Made by a program: the position numbers and the translations under genes. A DNA stretch of 33,883 nucleotides from Candidatus Poribacteria bacterium (lineage in GTDB: Bacteria; Poribacteria; WGA-4E; UBA9662), in assembly GCA_046582655.1 (NCBI GenBank), contig JAYGDX010000353.1:1-33883 (forward strand), in the 5' to 3' direction. This document shows positions 1 to 9,065 of this stretch, one piece after another. Under the pieces are notes generated by a model. It was not told the origin of the DNA. It searched no databases and saw only the letters and a list, made by a program, of their open reading frames with translations. How positions within the stretch are numbered: the stretch's first letter is position 1; every line of letters begins with the position of its first letter.

Positions 1-779
1 TAAAAACAAAGGGATTGCCACGGCTGTTTTGCACATAGAGTTGCTCACTTGAAGACAGAAGATAGCCTTGAGGAGAGAAGCCGGACATCTTTTCCTGCCA
101 AATTAAATCTCCGTTTCGAGCACCAACGGCACAAAGGAAAGCATTATTAAAACTAAAAATCCCAGCGCAAAAGTAAGCTACCTCATCGCCGACTAAAATG
201 CCGGATCTAATCGGAGAAATTGAAATCATTCGGCCATTTCCTGGCAAACGATAGCCACCTGGATCAGCTTCATAACGCCAGATCTCCTGACCATTCTCTG
301 CAGAAACACAATATACCAACCCATCGTCTGATCCAACGTACACCTTACCACTATAAATCGTTGGAGCGAATCGTATTGGAGCTTCAGTGAAAAATTTCCA
401 TCGCACTTTTCCATCTTCGGCATTCAAACAGTAGACCTGATCATCTGCTGAAGAACCGAAATAAACGGATTTTTCGTCTATAACGACATGGAACGCCCAA
501 TCAAAGACCATTTTGGGTTTCAAGTTATCAACCTTATGCCAGCCATCTCGCCTAGCAGGACCAAGCCAAGCCGGTTGCGGAGGAAATTTGGACTGATGAA
601 TCCAGACCTGCTTCAACGTCACAAGATCTACATTATCGCTTGTAATCCCAGAGCGGGCAGAATCGTGCCGATAGGTCGGCAATACCCAACCCACTAGATA
701 TAAAAAAAACTATTAAAACCGCTAAATACTTGATTATAAAACACATATTCCTAAACCGATTCTGCAAAACGTGTGTCAT
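1..779 (-). CDS. PQQ-like (BamB-type) beta-propeller repeat protein; 3'-partial at the window edge and frameshifted near its 5' end (possible pseudogene or assembly error)
   Basis: Absent from the ORF track; translated by hand. The minus frame is open from 709 to the left edge: ...PTYRHDSARSG...PPQPAWLGPARRDGW...FDWAFHVV...VYFGSSADDQVYCLNAEDGKVRWKFFTEAPIRFAP...VYVGSDDGLVYC.... These are typical propeller blades. A signal-peptide-like leader (ATG 779: MTHVLQNRFRNMCFIIKYLAVLIVFFISSGLGIAD) lies in a different frame and stops soon after. Confidence 0.8.
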
Positions 780-798
780 TGTTGGATTATACTATCAA

Positions 799-1614
799 TC
801 AATGAATTCTCACATCTCGCTTAAGTCTACCCCAAATTATTGATATCCTGTCTCGACCAGGATTAACAGACCTTGGTCCTTGATACACCAGCATGAACAT
901 ACCCGCAGCATAGCCTTTGTATTCATGTGCTCCTTTGATTCCTCCCTTTTTTTCGCCAATTCCATGGCCAGTTCGAATAATAAACTTACCGTCTTTACCC
1001 GAACCAATGTCAGTCCATTTAGCAACTAAGCCTTCGCTGTTCTCCCCGGTACTGAATTCAACCTGACCATCACCCATTTTATGAGCATCAACTGAACAGG
1101 CGTATTCAAATCCATCTGCCTCCAAAATCTTCCAATTTGTTATGCGTTCTTTATAACCAACTCCACCTTTCCGGTTAACTGTAGCAACGAATGTGTAGAG
1201 TGCCTGTGGATCTAAGCCAGAAATAATCAAATCGAGATGCCATTTAGGCCCGTCGTTATAGCTCATATTTCCGCCCGCATCAACAATATCATTGAAAACC
1301 TTGAAGGCATCACTACCATCGTTGAAAGTCGCGCCGTCTTTTGCCCAGTTGATAGTATTCCCTTGCGATTTATGTTCAACAAACGAAACCATCACACCCG
1401 TATCTTTCCCATCTTTGAATTGTAGCAGATTACCTTCTTCAGGAAAAGGATTGCCACGTCCAAGACCAAAGGTTGTGACGTTCTTTTTTAGGAACTGTAC
1501 CCCTTTTTCATAAATACAATCATTGTAGGCTTGCCAACTTGCTGAACTCACTTCTAAATTTATACCAATACTAATGACCATAAACATAAATAAAACAAAA
1601 ACTGTAAATCTCAT
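799..1614 (-). CDS. secreted hypothetical protein with conserved C-terminal W-x-x-L-K tail (paralog of 1688..2521)
   Basis: 271-aa ORF with an AAGGAG RBS upstream of ATG 1614 and a hydrophobic signal peptide. It is colinear and similar to the upstream ORF (WQAYNDC, GRGNP, GNMSYNDGP, YKGYA). It ends SVNPGRDRISIIWGRLK. Confidence 0.85.
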   Translation of the reverse strand: MRFTVFVLFMFMVISIGINLEVSSASWQAYNDCIYEKGVQFLKKNVTTFGLGRGNPFPEEGNLLQFKDGKDTGVMVSFVEHKSQGNTINWAKDGATFNDGSDAFKVFNDIVDAGGNMSYNDGPKWHLDLIISGLDPQALYTFVATVNRKGGVGYKERITNWKILEADGFEYACSVDAHKMGDGQVEFSTGENSEGLVAKWTDIGSGKDGKFIIRTGHGIGEKKGGIKGAHEYKGYAAGMFMLVYQGPRSVNPGRDRISIIWGRLKRDVRIH

Positions 1615-1687
1615 TAGAATTCTCCTTTAACACACAAAGACTCATTTAATAACAAAAAAATGCGTCTTCATTAATCTAAATCTAATA

Positions 1688-2521
1688 TCAATATGTGGAT
1701 TTCAGTAGACTCCACATTGTTGTCAATTTCCCTTTAGCTTTTACAGAAGTTCCTCGACCACGGAATTCCAGCATAAAAACTCCTCCTGCATAACCTTTAT
1801 AGGCGTGGGCGCCATCAATTCCCCCATTATCAGAACCAATACTATGACTAGTCCTGATAATGATAGTTCCATCATCTCCAGATTGGATACCAGTCCATCT
1901 TGCCACGTAACCAGAACTGTTGTCTCCAATGCTAAATTCGATAGAGTCTTCACTGATCGTGTGAACACCCTTTGAGCTTTCATTTTTGAATGCTTTGGCA
2001 TCAAGAATTTTCCAGTTTGTAACACGCTCTTTATAACCACCACCCCCATTGCGTTGAACTGTTCCCACAAAAGTATACTGCCCTGCTGAATCCAAGCCCT
2101 CAATTTTAAGATTAAGATACCAACCAGGCCCATCGTTGTAGCTCATATTCCCAGTGGCATCCACGAAATCGTTAAAAATGTTGGCTGCATCACTGCCGTT
2201 AGCAAATTCAGCCTTGTCCGTAGCAGAATTAATAGAATTCCCAGTGGATTTATGTTCTAGAAAAGTCACCTTGGCACCAGTGTCACTACCGTTACTCTGA
2301 TCTAGCAAATTACCAGACTCTGGATGTGGATTTCCTCGACCGATTCCAAATTTTGTTATGTTTTTTGCAATATGTTGACCATCTCTGTATACACAATCAT
2401 TAAAAGCAACCCAGTTGGCGTTGGCCAAAGAAACCAAAATTGAGAAAATAATTACTGACAAACTGCTTCCTTGCAGTCTTAATAAGAACGACCTTTTGCT
2501 AGAAGAATTTGTATTCGGCAT
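1688..2521 (-). CDS. secreted hypothetical protein with conserved C-terminal W-x-x-L-K tail (paralog of 799..1614)
   Basis: The ORF track extends to 2593; the first ATG is at 2521, so the start is uncertain. The signal peptide ends ...VSLANA/NWVAFNDC. It shares blocks with its neighbour and ends SVKAKGKLTTMWSLLKSTY. Confidence 0.85.
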   Translation of the reverse strand: MPNTNSSSKRSFLLRLQGSSLSVIIFSILVSLANANWVAFNDCVYRDGQHIAKNITKFGIGRGNPHPESGNLLDQSNGSDTGAKVTFLEHKSTGNSINSATDKAEFANGSDAANIFNDFVDATGNMSYNDGPGWYLNLKIEGLDSAGQYTFVGTVQRNGGGGYKERVTNWKILDAKAFKNESSKGVHTISEDSIEFSIGDNSSGYVARWTGIQSGDDGTIIIRTSHSIGSDNGGIDGAHAYKGYAGGVFMLEFRGRGTSVKAKGKLTTMWSLLKSTY

Positions 2522-2695
2522 GGCACAGCTCCTTATTGTACGCCAATCAAATTTGGCTGTTAAATAACTCCTAAAATTAACAATACAACACAAAACCTCT
2601 CGATAAATACTACGGTATCATTTTCAATCCTTATCAATTAAAAGTGTACTTTCTTTTAAATTCTGCTATCTTTTGATTTACACGTCAACAGCACA

Positions 2696-4831
2696 ATGAT
2701 TATGGATATTGAAAAAAGATTGGACCAAGCTGTTGCTTTTCATCAAGCAGGGCAACTCTCTAAAGCCGAACGGTTATGCCAACAGGTACTCGCAGACAAT
2801 CCTCGAAATGCGGATGCTCTCCACCTTTTAGGTGTTGTCGCCTATCAAGTCGGCAGGCATGAAATAGCAGTTAATTTAATCACTCACGCCATAGAAATAG
2901 ACCCACAACAAATAGAAGCCTATAACAACCTCGGCATTGTATTTAAAGAGCAAAAAAAATTAGAGAAATCGATTCAAACCTACCACAAGGCTATTGAGAT
3001 CAATCCTGACCACGCAGAAGCACATTACAATTTAGGCAATGCCTATCAGGAACAAGGAAAATCAGAGAAATCGATTCAAGCCTATCACAAAGCTATCAAG
3101 ATACAGCCTGATTATGCCGAAGTCTATAATAATCTCGGCATTGTATTTAAGGAACAAGGAAAATCAGAGAAATCGATTCAAGCCTATCATAAAGCCATTG
3201 AGATCAAACCCAATTATGCCGAAGTCTATAATAATCTTGGCATTGTATTTAAGGAACAAGGAAAATTAGAGAAATCGATTCAAGCCTATCATAAAGCTAT
3301 TGAGATCAAACCCAATTATGCCGAAGCGTATAACAACCTAGGTAATGCATACCAAGGACAAGGGAAATCAGAGAAATCAATTCAAGCCTATCATAAAGCC
3401 ATTGAAATCAAACCCAATTATGCCGAAGCGTATAACAACCTAGGTAATGCATACCAAGAACAAGGGAAATCAGAGAAATCAATTCAAGCCTATCACAAAG
3501 CTATTGAGATCAAACCCAATTATATGCAAGTCTATAACAACATGGGTAACGCCTATCAGGAACAGGGAGAATTGGAACTAGCCATTCAAGCCTATCACAA
3601 AGCTATCAAGATACAGCCTACTCATATCGAAGCATATAACAACATGGGTAACGCCTATCAGGAACAGGGAGAACTAAAACCAGCCATTCAAGCCTATCAC
3701 AAAGCTATCAAGATACAGCCTAGTTCCGCCGAAGCTCATAACAATTTGGGAAATGCTTACCAGGAACAGGGAGAACTAAAACTAGCCATTCAAGCCTATC
3801 ACAAAGCTATCAAGATACAGCCTAATTTCGCTGAAGCTCATAACAATTTGGGACAAATATTATTGCTATTAGGAAATTTCCATCAAGGTTGGGAAGAATA
3901 CGAATGGCGATGGCAATGTCGAAATTCTCCTGCTGGTGAAAGGAATTTCCCGCAGCCCCTTTGGAATGGATCAAACCTGCACGGCAAATCTCTATTAGTT
4001 TGGACAGAACAAGGAATCGGCGATGAAATCATGTTTGCTAATCTGCTTGATAGCCTAAAAAAAATCGGCACCAATATCATTGTCGAATGTGAAAAGCGTC
4101 TAGTTCCTTTTTTTCAACGATCTTTTCCTGAAATTCAATTTGCACCTCGAGAAAATCCGCCAAATTCACGATTGTTGAATTCTGATATTGATTATCAAAT
4201 TCCAATCGGTAGTTTAGGCCAATGGCTCAGAACCGATGAAGACAGTTTCAAACAGAATAGGCAGTCCTATCTAACAACCTGTGCTGAAAAGTCTGAACAG
4301 ATTCAAAAAAGGTACCAATCACTAGCTGATGACAACATACTGGTTGGCATCTCATGGAAAAGTATTGGCATCAAACAAAGACAAACATTATCCAAAAGTA
4401 CGGCGTTGAAAGATTGGACATCCATTCTTTCGCAACGGGATTGTCACTTCATCAATTTACAGTACGGAGATACTGAGCCGGAATTAGAACAATTTCAAGC
4501 GGTAACCGGCCTAAGAATTTATCACGATCAAGAGATAGACCCGTTACAGAATTTAGATGATTTCGCTGCGCAGGTTTCAGCTTTAGATCTCGTTATATCT
4601 ACATCTAATACAACGGCACATATAGCTGGTGCTTTAGGTAAAAGAGTTTGGACTTTATTACCATACATGCCAGATTGGCGATGGATGTTAAACAGAAATG
4701 ACACGCTGTGGTATCCCTGTATGAGGCTGTTTAGACAACACACAATTGGAGATTGGAACGATGTCTTTCAACGGGTTGGTCTAGCACTGGAACAATACGT
4801 AATGAATGACAAAACAGATCCAAAGCTATAA
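2696..4831 (+). CDS. TPR-repeat protein with C-terminal glycosyltransferase (GT9/heptosyltransferase-like) domain
   Basis: About 12 TPR motifs (AEAYNNLG...YHKAIEIKP), then GWEEYEWRW, EQGIGDEIMF and LDLVISTSNTTAHIAGALG...WRW, characteristic of TPR-GT proteins. Confidence 0.92.
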   Translation: MIMDIEKRLDQAVAFHQAGQLSKAERLCQQVLADNPRNADALHLLGVVAYQVGRHEIAVNLITHAIEIDPQQIEAYNNLGIVFKEQKKLEKSIQTYHKAIEINPDHAEAHYNLGNAYQEQGKSEKSIQAYHKAIKIQPDYAEVYNNLGIVFKEQGKSEKSIQAYHKAIEIKPNYAEVYNNLGIVFKEQGKLEKSIQAYHKAIEIKPNYAEAYNNLGNAYQGQGKSEKSIQAYHKAIEIKPNYAEAYNNLGNAYQEQGKSEKSIQAYHKAIEIKPNYMQVYNNMGNAYQEQGELELAIQAYHKAIKIQPTHIEAYNNMGNAYQEQGELKPAIQAYHKAIKIQPSSAEAHNNLGNAYQEQGELKLAIQAYHKAIKIQPNFAEAHNNLGQILLLLGNFHQGWEEYEWRWQCRNSPAGERNFPQPLWNGSNLHGKSLLVWTEQGIGDEIMFANLLDSLKKIGTNIIVECEKRLVPFFQRSFPEIQFAPRENPPNSRLLNSDIDYQIPIGSLGQWLRTDEDSFKQNRQSYLTTCAEKSEQIQKRYQSLADDNILVGISWKSIGIKQRQTLSKSTALKDWTSILSQRDCHFINLQYGDTEPELEQFQAVTGLRIYHDQEIDPLQNLDDFAAQVSALDLVISTSNTTAHIAGALGKRVWTLLPYMPDWRWMLNRNDTLWYPCMRLFRQHTIGDWNDVFQRVGLALEQYVMNDKTDPKL
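2912..3829 (+). repeat. nine tandem 102-bp coding repeats (TPR units)
   Basis: The motif attcaagcctatca recurs at a 102-bp period. Several adjacent units are nearly identical at the DNA level. Confidence 0.95.
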
Positions 4832-4929
4832 TAAGAAAACCCGTGTTAAAACTGATCTTCTCCCATGTTCTACGAATAATTTTTGTCACCGAAATAGGTA
4901 ATGTCATCGAATTCATTCGGCAATGGCGA

Positions 4930-6234
4930 CTAATCTTTCACGGCTAGTTGTTCAGCATGCGCCACTACTTTCCTGATGGTAGCCACAACCCGTTCAGCAG
5001 CACCTTCAACGGGATTACTAAAAACTGGCAGGAATATTAATCGTGAGCACACTTCTTCTGTAATGGGAAAGTCGCCCGCCTGATAACCTTGATAGTCGCC
5101 ACCCATCTCAGGAGTACATAGTGGTCCACGCCCCTTAGTAAAAATATCAAAACCATCAGCAAAAAGTGGTAACTGGTGAAGTAAAGGATACCCGTTGCTT
5201 CGGGCACGAAGCCCCTCTTCCTGAAGGGCCTCAATAAATTTCTCTTTTGATAATCCACTAACCTCTTCCACCACATAATGAATTGGGAAACCGTAGAATC
5301 CAGCTGGCTCAGCCCCTTCATAGATGCTGACAGGTTTTACTCCCGGCACATCCGCAAGTCCCAACTCAACTGTCCGGATATAGTCACGGCGCCTCTTATT
5401 CAGTTCATCCAGTTTTTGTAATTGTACAGCAGCAATTCCAACACCAAGTGGATGCGCTCGAAGTTTTATCCCTAGCCCCAGCGGTTGAAGATGCTTATAC
5501 TTTTCAGTAATTAGATCAAGACCTGCAACTCGATTTACCTGCCCAATTAAACACGCCCGTTCAAAAATGTCAACATCGTTTGTCACCACAACTCCGCCTT
5601 CTCCTCCACTGACAGGTTTACTACCCTGTAGGCTCCAAGCACCAACATGTCCAATTGTCCCACACAATCGACCTTTGTAAGTTGCGCCATGGGCGTGAGA
5701 ACAATCCTCAATAATGGGGACACCGGTTTCTTGACTTAGTTTCATCAAAGCGTCCATATTGCATACATTGCCCCAAAGATGGACGACGACGATTGCTTTA
5801 GTACGATCCGTGATACGACGATATACATCCTCCGGATCAATCATCAACGTATCCGGATCAATCTCGCAAAACACCGGTCTCGCCATCAAAATGAGCGCTG
5901 GTGATATGGAGCAAATCCATGTATAAGTGGGAACAATGACCTCATCTCCCGGACCTACGCCAAGACCAAACATTGCACTATGTAGAGCGGACGTTCCATT
6001 AATTACTGTAATGGCGAAACGCGAATCGAAGCGCTTGCGCCACGTCTCCTCAAATTCACGAACTGTTGATGTTCCGCCAGATAGTTCATTTCGCAATGTC
6101 ATATCGTAGGCAATTTGTGCTTCTTCCTCGGTAACTTGTTGCCACTGATCCAGTTCCCCTTCTGAACCACCAGTTTGAACAAAGACAGGGGCGCCTCCAA
6201 GCGCTACAGGTATATCTTGTTTAGGTTGATCCAT
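4930..6234 (-). CDS. DegT/DnrJ/EryC1/StrS family PLP-dependent aminotransferase
   Basis: NGTSALH, GVGPGDEVIVP, IIEDCSHAHG and SLQGSKP (PLP lysine) GGEGG motifs; GGAG RBS upstream. Confidence 0.93.
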   Translation of the reverse strand: MDQPKQDIPVALGGAPVFVQTGGSEGELDQWQQVTEEEAQIAYDMTLRNELSGGTSTVREFEETWRKRFDSRFAITVINGTSALHSAMFGLGVGPGDEVIVPTYTWICSISPALILMARPVFCEIDPDTLMIDPEDVYRRITDRTKAIVVVHLWGNVCNMDALMKLSQETGVPIIEDCSHAHGATYKGRLCGTIGHVGAWSLQGSKPVSGGEGGVVVTNDVDIFERACLIGQVNRVAGLDLITEKYKHLQPLGLGIKLRAHPLGVGIAAVQLQKLDELNKRRRDYIRTVELGLADVPGVKPVSIYEGAEPAGFYGFPIHYVVEEVSGLSKEKFIEALQEEGLRARSNGYPLLHQLPLFADGFDIFTKGRGPLCTPEMGGDYQGYQAGDFPITEEVCSRLIFLPVFSNPVEGAAERVVATIRKVVAHAEQLAVKD

Positions 6235-6346
6235 GCTCGGACTCCTTAGTGTGCTAAAATCATAAAACTTATTCGAACGCCATACCTAATTTTTTGCAGT
6301 TCTTTGGATTCATGTTCATTTCTTCGCATAGCAAAACGTCCTGCAC

Positions 6347-6563
6347 TCAGCCATTGCCAATTTCAGCGATACGACCAACACATATATTTCCAAATTCCAT
6401 TGGGAGACCTACTCCTCGTAGTTCATGGCAAATCACCAATTCTATACCCATACTTAGAAGCACCAAACGCAATTTTCATCCACACGCGCCCTTCAGGAAC
6501 AGGATCGTCTTCATGACCCTGTAGAATTGGGTTTCTGGGTTCAACTAAGGTTAATTTAATGAT
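6347..6563 (-). pseudogene. degenerate N-terminal remnant of a zinc-binding (MDR/GroES-like) dehydrogenase
   Basis: Manual translation gives IIKLTLVEPRNPILQGHEDDPVPEGRVWMKIAFGASKYG, a frameshift near 6448, then IELVICHELRGVGLPMEFGNICVGRIAEIGNG-stop. This resembles MDR N-termini (P..G.V..K....GTE...P...G...VG.I.EIG.GV). No intact start; premature stop. Confidence 0.55.
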
Positions 6564-6769
6564 TCTATCATAGTATGACGGTTGCGAATCACATTATTTA
6601 CATCATCTAGATCTAGAACTAATTATAATGTCATCATTACCATCGGAATGTGATAGAATGATAACCTAAAAAAGATGCGTAACCTGCAAATCAAAGATTG
6701 TAGAGATCAACCGATTTCTTCTGGTAAGCCAGAGTTGAAAACTGGTAGCGAACACAGGATCAATCAAAA

Positions 6770-7945
6770 TTGAAAATCACCAATATTGAACCGATTATTG
6801 TCAGTGTCCCTTATAAACACCGAGAAACAAGCACTCGGGTGCAACGGGATGGCGTTACGGCTGTACTAATCAAAATTACTACTGATACTGACATTGTTGG
6901 TTGGGGTGAGAGTTGTCCTGGTCCGAATGTGGAGAGCATCTACCAGATTATCGTGTCCACTATTCCGATTTTCACCGGACGAAACCCATTCGACCGAGAA
7001 GCAATAGCGCATGATTTTTTTGCTACTGCCCACTGGTTTCACCGTGAAATGTCGGGGAATTTTGCTTTCGCTGGCATTGACATGGCTTTATGGGACATCT
7101 TTGGTAAGGCCTGCCAACAACCAATCTACAACCTGTTTGGTGGTCTCTATCGGCAATCGGTAAATTACTTCTACTATTTGGCTTATGGTGATGCCAATTC
7201 AGTTGCCTCTCAAGCCAAGCGCGGTTTAAAAATGGGTTACACTGTCTTCTACATCAAAGTTGGTCTTGATTTCGAAGCAGAAATGCCGATGATCGCCACC
7301 CTACGGGAAACAATTGGCCCAAACTGCAAAATCCGGATTGACACCAATGGAGCCTGGTCTGTTAATCAGGCAGTCCGCTACCTAAACCAATTCGATCGTT
7401 ACCAGATAGATTTTGCCGAACAACCAGTTTGGCCCGACCCAATTCGCAATATGGTCGAAGTGCGAAACCGAACGTCTGTTGCCCTAGCAGCCAATGAAGG
7501 CTTATGGCGGGTGAGTGATGTCTATGAAATTATTCGTCAACGCGCGGCTGATGTTCTATGTTTTAGCAGCAACTGGGTAGGAACACTGGCCCAGTTTCAT
7601 CGCTTGAGTCATATAGCACACATGGAAGGACTAAGTGTCTGTCGTCACACGCACGGTGAATTGGGATTGATGGCGGCTGCTTCCCATCAGGTCTGTCTTT
7701 CCCTGCCAAATCTGGTGGATGGCAACCAGCAGACTGCTGAGATGATGCAGGATGACATCCTAACTGAGCCGCTTCCTATCGCTAGCCGTTCTGACTGGGA
7801 AGCGCCAAAAGGTGTCGGTCTGTGTGTCTCCGTCGATGAGAAAAAAGTAAAGAAATATCATCACCTGTACGAAAAACAGGGTCAGTTTCTGCCGTATCAA
7901 CCTTCCATGTTTATCACTGACCCCAAGTCGGAGGTTAAAAGCTAA
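6770..7945 (+). CDS. mandelate racemase/muconate lactonizing enzyme family (enolase superfamily) protein
   Basis: MKITNIE, TDTDIVGWGE and AGIDMALWDIFGK motifs; metal ligands in RIDTNG, FAEQP and AANE; TTG start. Confidence 0.93.
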   Translation: MKITNIEPIIVSVPYKHRETSTRVQRDGVTAVLIKITTDTDIVGWGESCPGPNVESIYQIIVSTIPIFTGRNPFDREAIAHDFFATAHWFHREMSGNFAFAGIDMALWDIFGKACQQPIYNLFGGLYRQSVNYFYYLAYGDANSVASQAKRGLKMGYTVFYIKVGLDFEAEMPMIATLRETIGPNCKIRIDTNGAWSVNQAVRYLNQFDRYQIDFAEQPVWPDPIRNMVEVRNRTSVALAANEGLWRVSDVYEIIRQRAADVLCFSSNWVGTLAQFHRLSHIAHMEGLSVCRHTHGELGLMAAASHQVCLSLPNLVDGNQQTAEMMQDDILTEPLPIASRSDWEAPKGVGLCVSVDEKKVKKYHHLYEKQGQFLPYQPSMFITDPKSEVKS

Positions 7946-8138
7946 ATTTTCCCCGTTTGCAATTTCTATATAGAATCGAAATGGAAACACCAAATCAACT
8001 CAGGAAATTCAGGGATTAAGACGATTCTGATAAGCCCAACTCTGCATGTTGGCAGAACATTAGGAAGAACGGTTAAAATTCCTTAGTTGTCGGTTAACGC
8101 AACAATCTTAGCAATTTCTGAGGCAGTGAGGGGTTGTC

Positions 8139-8987
8139 ATGGACACACCAAGAATTGATAATCGAGATTGGTCAACTTTAACACTTGGGGAGAGGATTCG
8201 CCAGATTGAACTGGACGGCTACCTGGTATGGCCCACCTTACTGTCCGCTGAACTGGTCGTTCAACTTAGATCAGAAACAGCAAAATTGGAAACACATCCT
8301 GTCGATTACAGCATCCACCAACAAGCCTGCCCTAACATCCAGTTTTTCGGTGGTGAAATCACCAAACTGATTGCTTATTCCAAAATCCTAACTTTCCTGA
8401 GTCAGCTATTTGGCGATCAAATTATTTTTATGTCCTATGGATACGCACGTTCCGAACCGGGACATCCGGGTATTAGTTTACACACCGATGGGCAACCGTA
8501 TGGATCTCAAATCTTCGGCTATGAAGGAAGTGTTCCTTTTATGGTTCGGGTGCTTTACTATCTTGAAGATCTGACACCGGAAGTTTCACCATTCCGAGTA
8601 ATTCCCAGATCCCACCTTTCTATGCATGCCGATGCCAATCCCTATAAACGTTACGAATCTCATCCAGAGGAAGTGATGGTTCCTGCCCCTGCCGGATCAG
8701 CTATACTAATTAATCATCGGATTTTTCATGGGAATTATCCCAACATAGGAGATTATGCCCGCCAAATGCTGGCTATTGCCTATCGTCCAGCTTGGGCTGG
8801 GCCGATTCAGGAAGTTGAAACCTGGAATGTGGAAGACCTGAATCAACTACCAGATATAGTTCGTCCCCTGTTCGCTAACCGAAATACAAGGCATTGGGAT
8901 TTCCATGGAGGCAACAAGCCTCCGAATATGATTGATCAGGCACCAGGAATCAACCCTAGCCGATGGGAAAAAGTATCGCAATCGTAA
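8139..8987 (+). CDS. phytanoyl-CoA dioxygenase (PhyH) family Fe(II)/2OG oxygenase
   Basis: DGYLV N-terminal motif, canonical HxD (LHTDG), YYLEDLT, VIPRSH, distal His (IFHGN) and downstream Arg. Confidence 0.9.
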   Translation: MDTPRIDNRDWSTLTLGERIRQIELDGYLVWPTLLSAELVVQLRSETAKLETHPVDYSIHQQACPNIQFFGGEITKLIAYSKILTFLSQLFGDQIIFMSYGYARSEPGHPGISLHTDGQPYGSQIFGYEGSVPFMVRVLYYLEDLTPEVSPFRVIPRSHLSMHADANPYKRYESHPEEVMVPAPAGSAILINHRIFHGNYPNIGDYARQMLAIAYRPAWAGPIQEVETWNVEDLNQLPDIVRPLFANRNTRHWDFHGGNKPPNMIDQAPGINPSRWEKVSQS

Positions 8988-9065
8988 TTACTACTGAGAA
9001 TGCTTGATATTTATCCAACATCATTGCCACTCAAAAAAGTCGTATTAAATAAGGAGGATCTGTAG

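Noticed and set aside
226..697. ORF-track entries 226..423 (-) and 488..697 (+)
   Set aside because: They are alternate-frame or antisense shadows of the real minus-strand propeller gene found by manual translation.
2912..3829. Regular DNA repeats as a possible CRISPR array
   Set aside because: The period is exactly 102 bp, in frame, with no unique spacers; the units encode TPR motifs and no cas genes are present.
6294..6524. Two short + strand ORFs (76 and 70 aa)
   Set aside because: TTG starts without an RBS and no recognisable motifs; the minus-strand dehydrogenase remnant explains the region better.
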